This document shows positions 1 to 7,654 of a stretch of DNA of 64,000 bases, in pieces. This DNA comes from a virus: the IMG/VR virus record IMGVR_UViG_3300008266_000015; one strand, 5' to 3'. Both the position numbers and the translations under genes were made by a program. The first letter of the stretch is position 1, and every line of letters begins with the position of its first letter. Below the pieces are notes generated by a model. That model did no database searches, had not been told where the DNA came from, and saw only the letters and a program-made list of their open reading frames with translations.

Positions 1-267
1 CCAAATGGAGATAATATAAATGATGTGTTTGAGGCATATGGGATTGGAATAGTTGAATTTAATATGATGGTGTTTAATAGATGGGGAGAACTTATATTTG
101 AAAGTAATAAAATAGAAAACCATTTAGATGGATTACACATGGGAGGATGGGATGGAATATATAAATTTACATTTTGTCAAGACGATGTATATCTTTATGT
201 TATAAAATATAAAGGAATTAAAACATCTGAGAGAATAATTTATGGTAAAATATCATTAATAAAATAA
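1..267 (+). CDS. 3' end of a protein with a gliding-motility-associated/T9SS type B C-terminal domain (5'-truncated)
   Basis: Frame is open from base 1 (PNGDNINDVF...VFNRWGELIFES...WDG...DVYLYVI), the characteristic CHU_C-type motif order. Confidence 0.8.
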   Translation, partial: PNGDNINDVFEAYGIGIVEFNMMVFNRWGELIFESNKIENHLDGLHMGGWDGIYKFTFCQDDVYLYVIKYKGIKTSERIIYGKISLIK

Positions 268-278
268 AACATTCCCAA

Positions 279-286
279 TATTTATA
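279..286 (+). promoter_or_regulatory. Putative late promoter motif TATTTATA (first copy; also at 7330, 27503, 33111, 36409, 42825, 46681, 51497, 56674, 59500, 60236 and on the - strand at 30799-30806)
   Basis: Recurs in short intergenic gaps, 3-50 bp upstream of structural/late genes, always in the orientation of the downstream gene. Confidence 0.7.
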
Positions 287-299
287 ATAAAATAATTAA

Positions 300-1670
300 A
301 TGGCAAAAGTCTTAGAAAATATATTTAATCCTTCAATAGATGAAATAGCTCAAACATACACAATTCAGTCTTGGCACGTTTCACAATCAGTAGATGCATT
401 AACGGCTGCTGAGGCATATGATATTTCAATTAGTGGATCTTTAAATGTTACCGGATCATCAAATGTAACTGGTTCACTATCAGTAATAGGAACTGTAGTA
501 AACGGAACTGTAGGTAATGATGCAGCTGGACTATTCTCACATGCTGAAGGTAACTCTTCAATAGCATCAGGTAGTTATTCTCATGCTGAAGGAGAATCTA
601 CTCAAGCAGTTGGATATGCTTCTCATGCTGAAGGAGATAGTACTTTAGCCTCAGGTTCATATTCACATGCTGAAGGTAACTCTTCAATAGCATCAGGTAG
701 TTATTCTCATGCTGAGGGAATAGGAAGTAAAGCAATTGGAAATGGTTCACATGCTGAAGGAAATGGAAATGTAGCTAGCGGAAATGGTTCACATGCTGAA
801 GGAAGTGCAACAATAGCTAGTGGTCCTTATAGTCATGCTGAGGGAACATCAACAATAGCTAGTGGTAATACTAGTCATGCTGAGGGAACATCAACTATTG
901 CTAGTAATAATAATAGTCATGCTGAGGGAGTAAAAACAATAGCAATGGGAATTAGTACTCATGCTGAAGGTTCTGGTTCAATTGCATCTGGTTCATTTTC
1001 ACATGCTGAAGGGGGATTCACAATTGCATCTGGTTCATTCTCACATACTGAAGGATTAATTACTAAAACTGTAGGAATTGCTGCTCATGCTGAGGGAAAT
1101 AGTACTCAAGCAATAGGAAATGCTTCACATGCTGAAGGTGCTTTCACTCAAGCAATAGGGGGTGCTTCACATGCTGAAGGTTATTATTCGTTAGCTTTAG
1201 ATTTTTATTCACATGCTGAAGGATATGAAACAACAGCTTCAAATTTTGCCTCACATGCTGAAGGAATTAACACAAAAGCTTTAGGTCCATATTCACATGC
1301 TGAAGGGAATAGTGCTATAGCAATAGGACAATATTCACACGCTGAAGGATTTAGTACTATAGCAATAGGAGATGCTTCACATGCTGAGGGAACTAATACA
1401 GTAGCATCTGGTTCATTCCAAACAGTAGTAGGTTCATATAATGTTCAAAATAATACAGGCTCTAAGTTTATTGTTGGTATTGGAAATTCAACAACTAGGA
1501 AAGATGGATTTACAGTAGATGCAGATGTTAATTTATCTGGTTCTGTTATGATTCCAACAAACACAGCAAATCCTTCCTCTCCAAAAACAGGATCTATGTA
1601 TTTCAACCCAACAACTAATTTATTATATATTTATAATGGTACAGCTTGGAAATCAGCATCTTTTTCATAA
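300..1670 (+). CDS. Tail-fibre/adhesin-like protein with YadA-head-like beta-roll repeats
   Basis: 21 tandem 14-aa repeats with an SHAEG core; C-terminal GSMYFNPTTNLLYIYNGTAW motif typical of phage fibre proteins. Confidence 0.7.
   Translation: MAKVLENIFNPSIDEIAQTYTIQSWHVSQSVDALTAAEAYDISISGSLNVTGSSNVTGSLSVIGTVVNGTVGNDAAGLFSHAEGNSSIASGSYSHAEGESTQAVGYASHAEGDSTLASGSYSHAEGNSSIASGSYSHAEGIGSKAIGNGSHAEGNGNVASGNGSHAEGSATIASGPYSHAEGTSTIASGNTSHAEGTSTIASNNNSHAEGVKTIAMGISTHAEGSGSIASGSFSHAEGGFTIASGSFSHTEGLITKTVGIAAHAEGNSTQAIGNASHAEGAFTQAIGGASHAEGYYSLALDFYSHAEGYETTASNFASHAEGINTKALGPYSHAEGNSAIAIGQYSHAEGFSTIAIGDASHAEGTNTVASGSFQTVVGSYNVQNNTGSKFIVGIGNSTTRKDGFTVDADVNLSGSVMIPTNTANPSSPKTGSMYFNPTTNLLYIYNGTAWKSASFS
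537..1420 (+). repeat. Coding tandem repeat, 42-bp period (TCWCATGCTGARGG core)
   Basis: In-frame SHAEG repeats; units 1 and 4 are identical in DNA. Confidence 0.9.
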
Positions 1671-1702
1671 ACTAAATTTGAAACCAATTAAAACCACATA
1701 TC

Positions 1703-2479
1703 ATGAAACCGCAAAACACTCTCAAAGGGTTGTTAATAGTGGTTATGTTAGTACTTAATACTTTATTTGGTTTTTCACAATTAACATGTGATCTGGATGA
1801 TCCATATTTAAATCATTTTCAATATTCAATACCCTCATTTATACAATTATACAATGGAGGGTATTGTGTTTCCTCCTCATACATCTCAGATACAACTATC
1901 TACATGAAGTTCTATCCTGAGGGGAAAAACGGAATCATATATTGGGGCTATTCCTCACCAATGGGGTATCCTTTATATGTGGATAGTATTAAAATATATG
2001 ATAGTAGTTGTCGTTTAATTTCTATAGGACAAGGAGTAAGTGGTCTATCTAACTCATTATATTATGTTAAGTTCGTTATACGAACCACATTTATTGATAA
2101 TTTCTGTCCATATTTCCTCCCTGCTAATCCATTAATGGTTACTTTTGGAATGATAAAATTAGAGAAAATAGAAATGTATATTCAAGTGGATTGGACTACA
2201 TTATCCGAATCAAATAGCGACTACTTTGTAGTACAATACAGCTATGATTTGAACAATTGGAGAAATGCAACTAATATACCTTCATCTCAAAATAGTTCAA
2301 CAAACAGATACTATTCAACAAAATTTACCCCACCATATTCAGGTATGGTGTATGTTAGAATTGCAGAATACGATTTGAATGGAAACGCTATATATAGCAA
2401 TCCAGAATATATTTATTTTAATTTTGAAAACCAAAATACATCTGTTTATGATTTAGCAGGAAGACTTTTAAGAAATTAA
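1703..2479 (+). CDS. Secreted Bacteroidota-type protein with an Ig-like domain and a short T9SS-like tail
   Basis: Signal peptide; NPLMVTF...WTTLSESNSDYFVVQYS motif; ends VYDLAGRLL. Confidence 0.6.
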   Translation: MKPQNTLKGLLIVVMLVLNTLFGFSQLTCDLDDPYLNHFQYSIPSFIQLYNGGYCVSSSYISDTTIYMKFYPEGKNGIIYWGYSSPMGYPLYVDSIKIYDSSCRLISIGQGVSGLSNSLYYVKFVIRTTFIDNFCPYFLPANPLMVTFGMIKLEKIEMYIQVDWTTLSESNSDYFVVQYSYDLNNWRNATNIPSSQNSSTNRYYSTKFTPPYSGMVYVRIAEYDLNGNAIYSNPEYIYFNFENQNTSVYDLAGRLLRN

Positions 2480-2561
2480 GCTAAATGATTGGGATTACAA
2501 AATTTTTATTTATATATTTACTTCAATAAAAAAAATAAATAATTAACTAAAAACAAGTTTT

Positions 2562-2807
2562 ATGAAAAACACAAATCAAAAATCACTTAAGCGCCGAATG
2601 AATCGCACAGCAATTCTTTCATTTTACAATGCACGTTATTTTAATGGAGATATAGCTCGTTTATCTGAAAAAACAGGCTATTCAACTTCACACATTTCAA
2701 ATGTAATTGCTGGGCGCCGTAGCGTTTCAAACACACTTGCTGATGCAATGTACTACATTTCTTGTCGCCGTACTAAAAATTCTGAAGTTTGGGCAAAACA
2801 AGCATAA
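2562..2807 (+). CDS. XRE-like helix-turn-helix DNA-binding protein
   Basis: GDIARLSEKTGYSTSHISNVIAGRR HTH pattern; own promoter and terminator. Confidence 0.7.
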   Translation: MKNTNQKSLKRRMNRTAILSFYNARYFNGDIARLSEKTGYSTSHISNVIAGRRSVSNTLADAMYYISCRRTKNSEVWAKQA

Positions 2808-2823
2808 AATTTGTTAATTTAAC

Positions 2824-2851
2824 GGGTGGCTCTACGGGGCTACCCATTTTT
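2824..2851 (+). terminator. Rho-independent terminator
   Basis: GGGTGGCTC-TACG-GGGCTACCC followed by ATTTTT. Confidence 0.75.
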
Positions 2852-2861
2852 AGTTTAGTTT

Positions 2862-3059
2862 ATGAAAAATAAAATTATCAACTTTTTCACACATTTAATT
2901 AAAGGAAAACTAATTACTATTCCGTTAGTACGGGACGGTAAACCAACAGGTCAATGGGTTGAATGTTATAAAAACGATAAGTATTATAAAATTTTAGTTT
3001 CCCAATATGGAGAACCACTCCCAAACCAAATAGAGGTAGAACCAATAAAAGACTTATAA
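2862..3059 (+). CDS. Hypothetical protein
   Basis: ORF packed between a terminator and the next gene. Confidence 0.6.
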   Translation: MKNKIINFFTHLIKGKLITIPLVRDGKPTGQWVECYKNDKYYKILVSQYGEPLPNQIEVEPIKDL

Positions 3060-3060
3060 T

Positions 3061-3381
3061 ATGTTTAGAATAGGACAAAAAGTAATATGTGTTGATGATA
3101 GGCTTGATCCTAATCGAAATTTACCTCCATTGGTTTTTCCTAAAAAAGGTACTACATACACTATACGAGGAATATATGTCGCTAGAACCAACGAAACAGC
3201 GCTTTTACTTGAGGAAATAGTAAATCCATACCAAACACGTGATGGACAAGAGATAGGTTTTAAATCAAGTAGATTTCGTTCATTAGTGGAGGATGGTTTA
3301 ATTGAGGAATTGTTGAGTAGAATAATTGATGAGGTAAAAGAGGAAATTTTAAAGGAAGAGTTAGCTGGGATTACAGATTAA
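3061..3381 (+). CDS. Hypothetical protein, SH3-like N-terminus
   Basis: MFRIGQKVICVDD start, common in small phage beta-barrel proteins. Confidence 0.6.
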   Translation: MFRIGQKVICVDDRLDPNRNLPPLVFPKKGTTYTIRGIYVARTNETALLLEEIVNPYQTRDGQEIGFKSSRFRSLVEDGLIEELLSRIIDEVKEEILKEELAGITD

Positions 3382-3414
3382 ATTTTTATATATTTAAGTA
3401 TAAGAAAAATAAAA

Positions 3415-3560
3415 TAACCTGTACCCTTGAAAAACTCGTATTGTTCAGAGAGGAGTCATATTCGTATATGGTACACCCACTAAAGCAGGTGTCAGTATTT
3501 GGAGTACACTTTGATAGATAAGCAGGTTAGTTCCGATATAAAAGGGTAATAGAATAAGGA
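3415..3560 (+). ncRNA. Candidate structured ncRNA A
   Basis: Directly after promoter 3366 with no long ORF. Crossing helices TAACCTG(3415)/CAGGTTA(3523) and TACCCTT(3422)/AAGGGTA(3542); internal hairpins CATAT/ATATG and ACACC/GGTGT. Confidence 0.5.
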
Positions 3561-3566
3561 GCAAAT

Positions 3567-3679
3567 AGTCAGGTGGCGGAATTGGTAGACGCTCATTCTT
3601 ATGTATATGTTATAAACGCATAAGATGATAAAAATCGAGATAACAGGTAGGTTTACAGGTTCGAATCCTGTCCTGACTA
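3567..3679 (+). ncRNA. tRNA-like element t1 (113 nt, no canonical anticodon arm)
   Basis: Acceptor AGTCAGG/CCTGACT, D-arm GCGGAATTGGTAGACGC, T-arm ACAGG-TTCGAAT-CCTGT; centre is a long TCTTATG/CATAAGA hairpin plus about 27 extra nt. Confidence 0.8.
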
Positions 3680-3681
3680 CA

Positions 3682-3905
3682 ATGAGTAAGAGATACTCAG
3701 CAGACTTGTCAATGTCTCATTTAAACTTGATAGGGTATTAGACTGGACATCCTGAAACGCCAGTCTCGTGGGAATAAAGGGACAGCACAAACCCTCCCAG
3801 TAGTGTGATTTTAGAGTTCATGTGGTAAGACACTAATGGTTAGAGTTTTTAAGAAAACAAAACCGTTAAAATCCACTCACCAGTAATCTCAAGGTGGGGA
3901 AACAT
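3682..3905 (+). ncRNA. Candidate structured ncRNA B between t1 and t2
   Basis: No long ORF; successive hairpins TGAGTA/TACTCA, AGACTGG/CCAGTCT, TGGGA..AGGG/CCCT.CCCA, TAGTGT/ACACTA, AATGGTT/AACCGTT, CTCACC/GGTGGG. Confidence 0.55.
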
Positions 3906-3982
3906 AGTCAGGAGTGTAATGAGGCATGGTGCCAAGTCCTTTTAAAGGTTACTTATTACAGGTTCGAATCCTGTCCTGACTA
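3906..3982 (+). ncRNA. tRNA-like element t2 (77 nt, D-arm consensus lost)
   Basis: Same acceptor stem and T-arm; centre has GGCA/TGCC and AAGT.CCTT/AAGG..ACTT hairpins. Confidence 0.75.
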
Positions 3983-3997
3983 CTAAATAAATAAATA

Positions 3998-4855
3998 ATG
4001 AAATTTAAACTACTAAAATTAATCCCATTAAATGTATTTCTAAAATTTAGAATATGGGTAATATGTAAATTCTTACCTTATCTTTTAAACAACGAAAGAA
4101 CACCTTATTCTAAAGATGGATATGAATTATCATTTAAAGATGATTTTGATGAATTTAATAAATCAATTTGGCAAGACATGCCATATTTTGGACATAGATT
4201 TCATCCAGGCAATATTGTAAATAATGGAACTGCACCTTATCAATATCATGATTCAAGTTGTATATCTGTAAAAGATTCTATACTTAGATTAGAATGTAAT
4301 GATACACCTACCACTATTAACTATGTTGATTATAATGGAGATTATTATGGAACATTTAAAATACCATACCAAGTTGGTTGGATACAAACCATGCCTAATA
4401 CATTTCAACAAAAATATGGTTATTTTGAAATTAGATCAAAATCTCCAAATAGTGGTGGAACTTGGCCAGCGTTTTGGTTAGCATCTACTGAGGCTTGGCC
4501 TCCAGAAATTGATATATTTGAAATTTATACTTCTGATGGTCAAACACGATCTACCTCAACTATTCATTGGGGAAAAGATCCAAAACATCCAATGACTGGA
4601 TTTGGTCATACAACACTACCGTTAAATTCTGATTTCTCAGTGTTTGGATGTGATTGGAATGAAAAAAATATTAAAATATATTATAACGGTTGGTTAGTTA
4701 GAGTTTTTCCTACACCAAATGATTTTAAATATGAAATGAATATTATTATTAACAATGGTGTTCAAACTGATGAAACAGGTTTAAATAGAGAAAGCATAAT
4801 ATCACCAAATTATTTTGAAGTAGATTATGTAAAAGTTTGGAAAAAAATAAAATAG
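3998..4855 (+). CDS. Glycoside hydrolase family 16 protein
   Basis: YGYFEIR, GTWPAFW, catalytic EIDIFE and FEVDYVKVW motifs. Confidence 0.9.
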   Translation: MKFKLLKLIPLNVFLKFRIWVICKFLPYLLNNERTPYSKDGYELSFKDDFDEFNKSIWQDMPYFGHRFHPGNIVNNGTAPYQYHDSSCISVKDSILRLECNDTPTTINYVDYNGDYYGTFKIPYQVGWIQTMPNTFQQKYGYFEIRSKSPNSGGTWPAFWLASTEAWPPEIDIFEIYTSDGQTRSTSTIHWGKDPKHPMTGFGHTTLPLNSDFSVFGCDWNEKNIKIYYNGWLVRVFPTPNDFKYEMNIIINNGVQTDETGLNRESIISPNYFEVDYVKVWKKIK

Positions 4856-4938
4856 TCAGGTGTCTGAATTGGCTAAGTACCCTGAGCCCATCTTAGTAAT
4901 GGGTAGGGGAGATACAGGTTCGAATCCTGTCCTGACTA
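4854..4938 (+). ncRNA. tRNA-like element t3 (85 nt; 7-nt loop CT-TAG-TA on an elongated stem)
   Basis: Same acceptor and T-arm; CCCT-GA-GCCCAT-CTTAGTA-ATGGGT-AGGG hairpin; overlaps the GH16 stop codon. Confidence 0.75.
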
Positions 4939-4955
4939 CAAAAAGAATTAAAATT

Positions 4956-5171
4956 ATGAAAGGTGCAATGACATTAAAACATCGTAAAAATATTGTAAGA
5001 GAAGTGAAATCTCGTATCAGTAAAGAGATTAAGGATTACAACGATAAAGAAGTTGGACAACAAGAATCTATTCTTGATGAATATATTGAAAAAGTATGTG
5101 TTGAAAAGGGATGGGAATTAGTTCATTTTTATTGTGAAGAAGGAAAAATTTTAGATAAGATATTAAAATAG
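4956..5171 (+). CDS. Hypothetical protein (start corrected from 4860)
   Basis: ATG after an A-rich leader just downstream of t3; its TAG stop overlaps t4. Confidence 0.65.
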   Translation: MKGAMTLKHRKNIVREVKSRISKEIKDYNDKEVGQQESILDEYIEKVCVEKGWELVHFYCEEGKILDKILK

Positions 5172-5268
5172 TCAGGTGGCGGAATTGGTAGACGCAGTTA
5201 GTTATAAGCACCAATAAGACTTGTAACAACGTACCGATAGTATGCAGGTTCGAATCCTGTCCTGACTT
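5170..5268 (+). ncRNA. tRNA-like element t4 (99 nt)
   Basis: Same acceptor and D-arm as t1; GTTATAAG/CTTGTAAC stem with an 11-nt loop; GTAC/GTAT variable arm; T-stem kept by a G-U pair. Confidence 0.8.
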
Positions 5269-5282
5269 CAAAAATAAATAAT

Positions 5283-5519
5283 ATGAGACGATTAAACGAA
5301 AATGAGTATCTAATTTTAGAAAATTGGAAAAATGTTAAAATTGAAGATTGTGATTTAGGTATACAATTATGGTGTAATAATTTGGTTGGTAAGGGTATTT
5401 TGCGTAGATATAACAAACAATACATTTTAACAAAATTAGGAAAAAAACATACTGAGATTGGTAGACCAAAATTTACATGGGTACAAAATGATTGGTTCGA
5501 AAGTGTTGAGTTATTATAA
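5283..5519 (+). CDS. Hypothetical protein, possibly winged-helix-like
   Basis: LVGKGIL...YILTKLGK pattern; lies between t4 and t5. Confidence 0.6.
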   Translation: MRRLNENEYLILENWKNVKIEDCDLGIQLWCNNLVGKGILRRYNKQYILTKLGKKHTEIGRPKFTWVQNDWFESVELL

Positions 5520-5522
5520 AAT

Positions 5523-5630
5523 AGTCAGGTGGCGAAATGGTAGACGCTAGAAAGAATGTAAAACAATTGAGTAATCTCTGCCAGTATCATTCACAGGGGT
5601 TACATACAGGTTCGAATCCTGTCCTGACTA
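5523..5630 (+). ncRNA. tRNA-like element t5 (108 nt)
   Basis: Same acceptor and T-arm; D-arm GCGAAATGGTAGACGC; GTAATCTCTG/CAGGGGTTAC 10-bp stem in the centre. Confidence 0.8.
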
Positions 5631-5631
5631 C

Positions 5632-5993
5632 AAAAGGGGTTCTTTGACATAATAAGAAAGGAAAATTAATATGGAAACAATGTATTTTACTTTTGGAGTA
5701 CTAACGATGGTTGCTATGATTTTGGTTGGAGCAATTGTTTATGGTATTGTAAAGGTGTTTAAACAAGAAAAACAAATCAAAGATATCCAAAAGGATATTC
5801 AATGGAATTATAATGATATGAGTGATCGATTTAGAGATGTTTATCAGAAAATTGAAAACAGTTATGTAAATTCTAGAGACATATCTAACGCATATACAGA
5901 TATGCGGATTGATAAACTGGAAGACAAATTAACAGGAAATAGCACAAAAAAATTAATTAAAGGATAAATTTAACCCGTCGAAGAACCCTTTTT
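5632..5993. repeat. 17-bp long-range inverted repeat enclosing one gene
   Basis: AAAAGGGGTTCTTTGAC (5632-5648) pairs with GTCGAAGAACCCTTTTT (5977-5993); both mismatches are G-U. Confidence 0.75.
5671..5967 (+). CDS. Single-pass membrane protein with a coiled-coil tail
   Basis: Hydrophobic N-terminal helix followed by a charged helical region. Confidence 0.7.
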   Translation: METMYFTFGVLTMVAMILVGAIVYGIVKVFKQEKQIKDIQKDIQWNYNDMSDRFRDVYQKIENSYVNSRDISNAYTDMRIDKLEDKLTGNSTKKLIKG

Positions 5994-6008
5994 TATATAT
6001 TTATTAGT

Positions 6009-6275
6009 ATGGGAAAAATTTGTTTTTCAATCGTTTTTTTATTAACAGTATGGGGTTGTAAAACTAATACATTTTATACTGATCATATTATAGTTACAAA
6101 AAATGATGGATATAAAGATACTATCCAATATTCGTATTGGAATAAATTTGAAATGGATGCTTTCAAATTAGAATGGATATTAAAACAAAAAAATATCAGA
6201 ATGAAAGATGTGCAATTTATAGATTTTACCCAAGGACCAAAAATTGAATTTAACAAAAAATACCAACCCAAATGA
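6009..6275 (+). CDS. Putative lipoprotein
   Basis: Hydrophobic leader ending VWGC. Confidence 0.5.
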   Translation: MGKICFSIVFLLTVWGCKTNTFYTDHIIVTKNDGYKDTIQYSYWNKFEMDAFKLEWILKQKNIRMKDVQFIDFTQGPKIEFNKKYQPK

Positions 6276-6883
6276 AGTTATTTTTAAACACATTACTGTT
6301 TTTGATTTACATAACAGGCTATAGTCAATCATTACAACTGGAGATAGTAGATAATTGTTCCTCAGGATACGTAGTTATCAATAACGATGAATCACCCGTC
6401 GGATATACAATGATTCATAATGGTGTAGATATATTATGTATTCTCCCCACAACAACAGATACTATATTTGATTTACCTAGTGGAGAATATATATTACGTT
6501 CTAATGGTGAAGCACATGAACAAGTTTCATTTACTATTTCAAACACAGTTATAGACGCTACATTACATATCCCATATACCTCAGTTTGTATTGGAGATTC
6601 ATATATAACACCGATTTTAAACATTTACTCCTCATATAATAATGTCTATTGGGATTTTGGTGATGGAAACATTTCATATGATGATATCAATCCAGTTCAC
6701 TACTATACTCAACCAGGTATATATACCTTAAAAGCAATAGTAAGTGAAGGTCAATGCTCTAAAATATTTGAAAGTAAGATTGTAGTTGAAAATATAAATG
6801 GAATTCAAGCCACAAATCGATTACAATACAGAACAACTAGTAACTATTATAATGTAGAAGGTAAAGTAGTAAAAAAACTATGA
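6272..6883 (+). CDS. Secreted PKD-domain protein
   Basis: Signal peptide; YWDFGDG...PVHYYTQPGIYT PKD signature; ends YYNVEGKVV. Confidence 0.8.
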   Translation: MKLFLNTLLFLIYITGYSQSLQLEIVDNCSSGYVVINNDESPVGYTMIHNGVDILCILPTTTDTIFDLPSGEYILRSNGEAHEQVSFTISNTVIDATLHIPYTSVCIGDSYITPILNIYSSYNNVYWDFGDGNISYDDINPVHYYTQPGIYTLKAIVSEGQCSKIFESKIVVENINGIQATNRLQYRTTSNYYNVEGKVVKKL

Positions 6884-7059
6884 ACAACGATATTGAACGT
6901 AAAGAGTTTTGGGAAAAAGAGCTATCCAAAACTAAATCAAAAAAATGGGATGACAACGATTTAGAACAAGCATTTGTTTCGGCAAGAAAGTTATTTCAAA
7001 ACAAGTTACCACAATTTGAAACGTTTTATGACTATAAAAAGTCATTAGTTAATAAATAG
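6880..7059 (+). CDS. Hypothetical protein, 59 aa (not in ORF track)
   Basis: ATGA overlap with the upstream gene; stop is the TAG of repeat 7057. Confidence 0.6.
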   Translation: MNNDIERKEFWEKELSKTKSKKWDDNDLEQAFVSARKLFQNKLPQFETFYDYKKSLVNK

Positions 7060-7103
7060 GATTACAAGATCTATATCTGTATATTCAAGCAAATAAAAGT
7101 TAT

Positions 7104-7316
7104 ATGTTTAAATGGTTTAAAAAACAAGATAAGGACGAAAACAATACGGAAATGCTCGTATCAGAAATGGATGCGGTTGCAATAGCATTAGAACAGTCAC
7201 GTGAAGAAGGTTTAGATGTTGAGGTTGTAACATGGGCACTTCGATACATGAAGGAAAATCCATCACTCACCATATCGGAAGCAATTACAATGGGATACTA
7301 CGAGTGGGTTAAATAA
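7104..7316 (+). CDS. Hypothetical protein
   Basis: Directly behind repeat 7057. Confidence 0.65.
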   Translation: MFKWFKKQDKDENNTEMLVSEMDAVAIALEQSREEGLDVEVVTWALRYMKENPSLTISEAITMGYYEWVK

Positions 7317-7385
7317 CAGACCAAGTTGATATTTATAACGGAACAGGTTGTGTGAACAAGTTTACTAACTTAACACACTATTCCC

Positions 7386-7595
7386 ATGAAATATCTAATT
7401 ACTCTGCTATTGATATTTACTATATCGTGTAGTCAAGATTTCAACAAACCACGCTATCAGAAAATAATTAAAACACGACCTCACTGGCAACGGAAACAAA
7501 TTCCGTTTTACAGACAAGGAACATATCGTGATCGTAACGTGAAAAAACAAGCAAGACAGAAATTAATTCAACCGCCAACAATTAATATTAATTGA
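7386..7595 (+). CDS. Small basic lipoprotein
   Basis: Leader ending TISC; TATTTATA upstream. Confidence 0.5.
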   Translation: MKYLITLLLIFTISCSQDFNKPRYQKIIKTRPHWQRKQIPFYRQGTYRDRNVKKQARQKLIQPPTININ

Positions 7596-7654
7596 AAAAT
7601 TAGGATTACAGGATTTACATTTGTATATTCAAGCAACCTAAAAAAATAAAAGTT

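Noticed and set aside
537-1420. 42-bp periodic repeat as a CRISPR array
   Set aside because: It is in frame within a long ORF, varies at synonymous positions and encodes SHAEG protein repeats.
4860-4955. N-terminal extension of ORF 4860-5171, and ORFs 5068-5271(-), 5198-5425(-) and 23965-24174(+)
   Set aside because: These translate through tRNA-like elements; better starts exist or they are shadows.
3567-5630. Calling t1-t5 ordinary tRNA genes with assigned anticodons, or intron-containing tRNAs
   Set aside because: No canonical anticodon arm in the right position; inserts are far too short for group I introns; identical acceptor stems are not expected for different isoacceptors.
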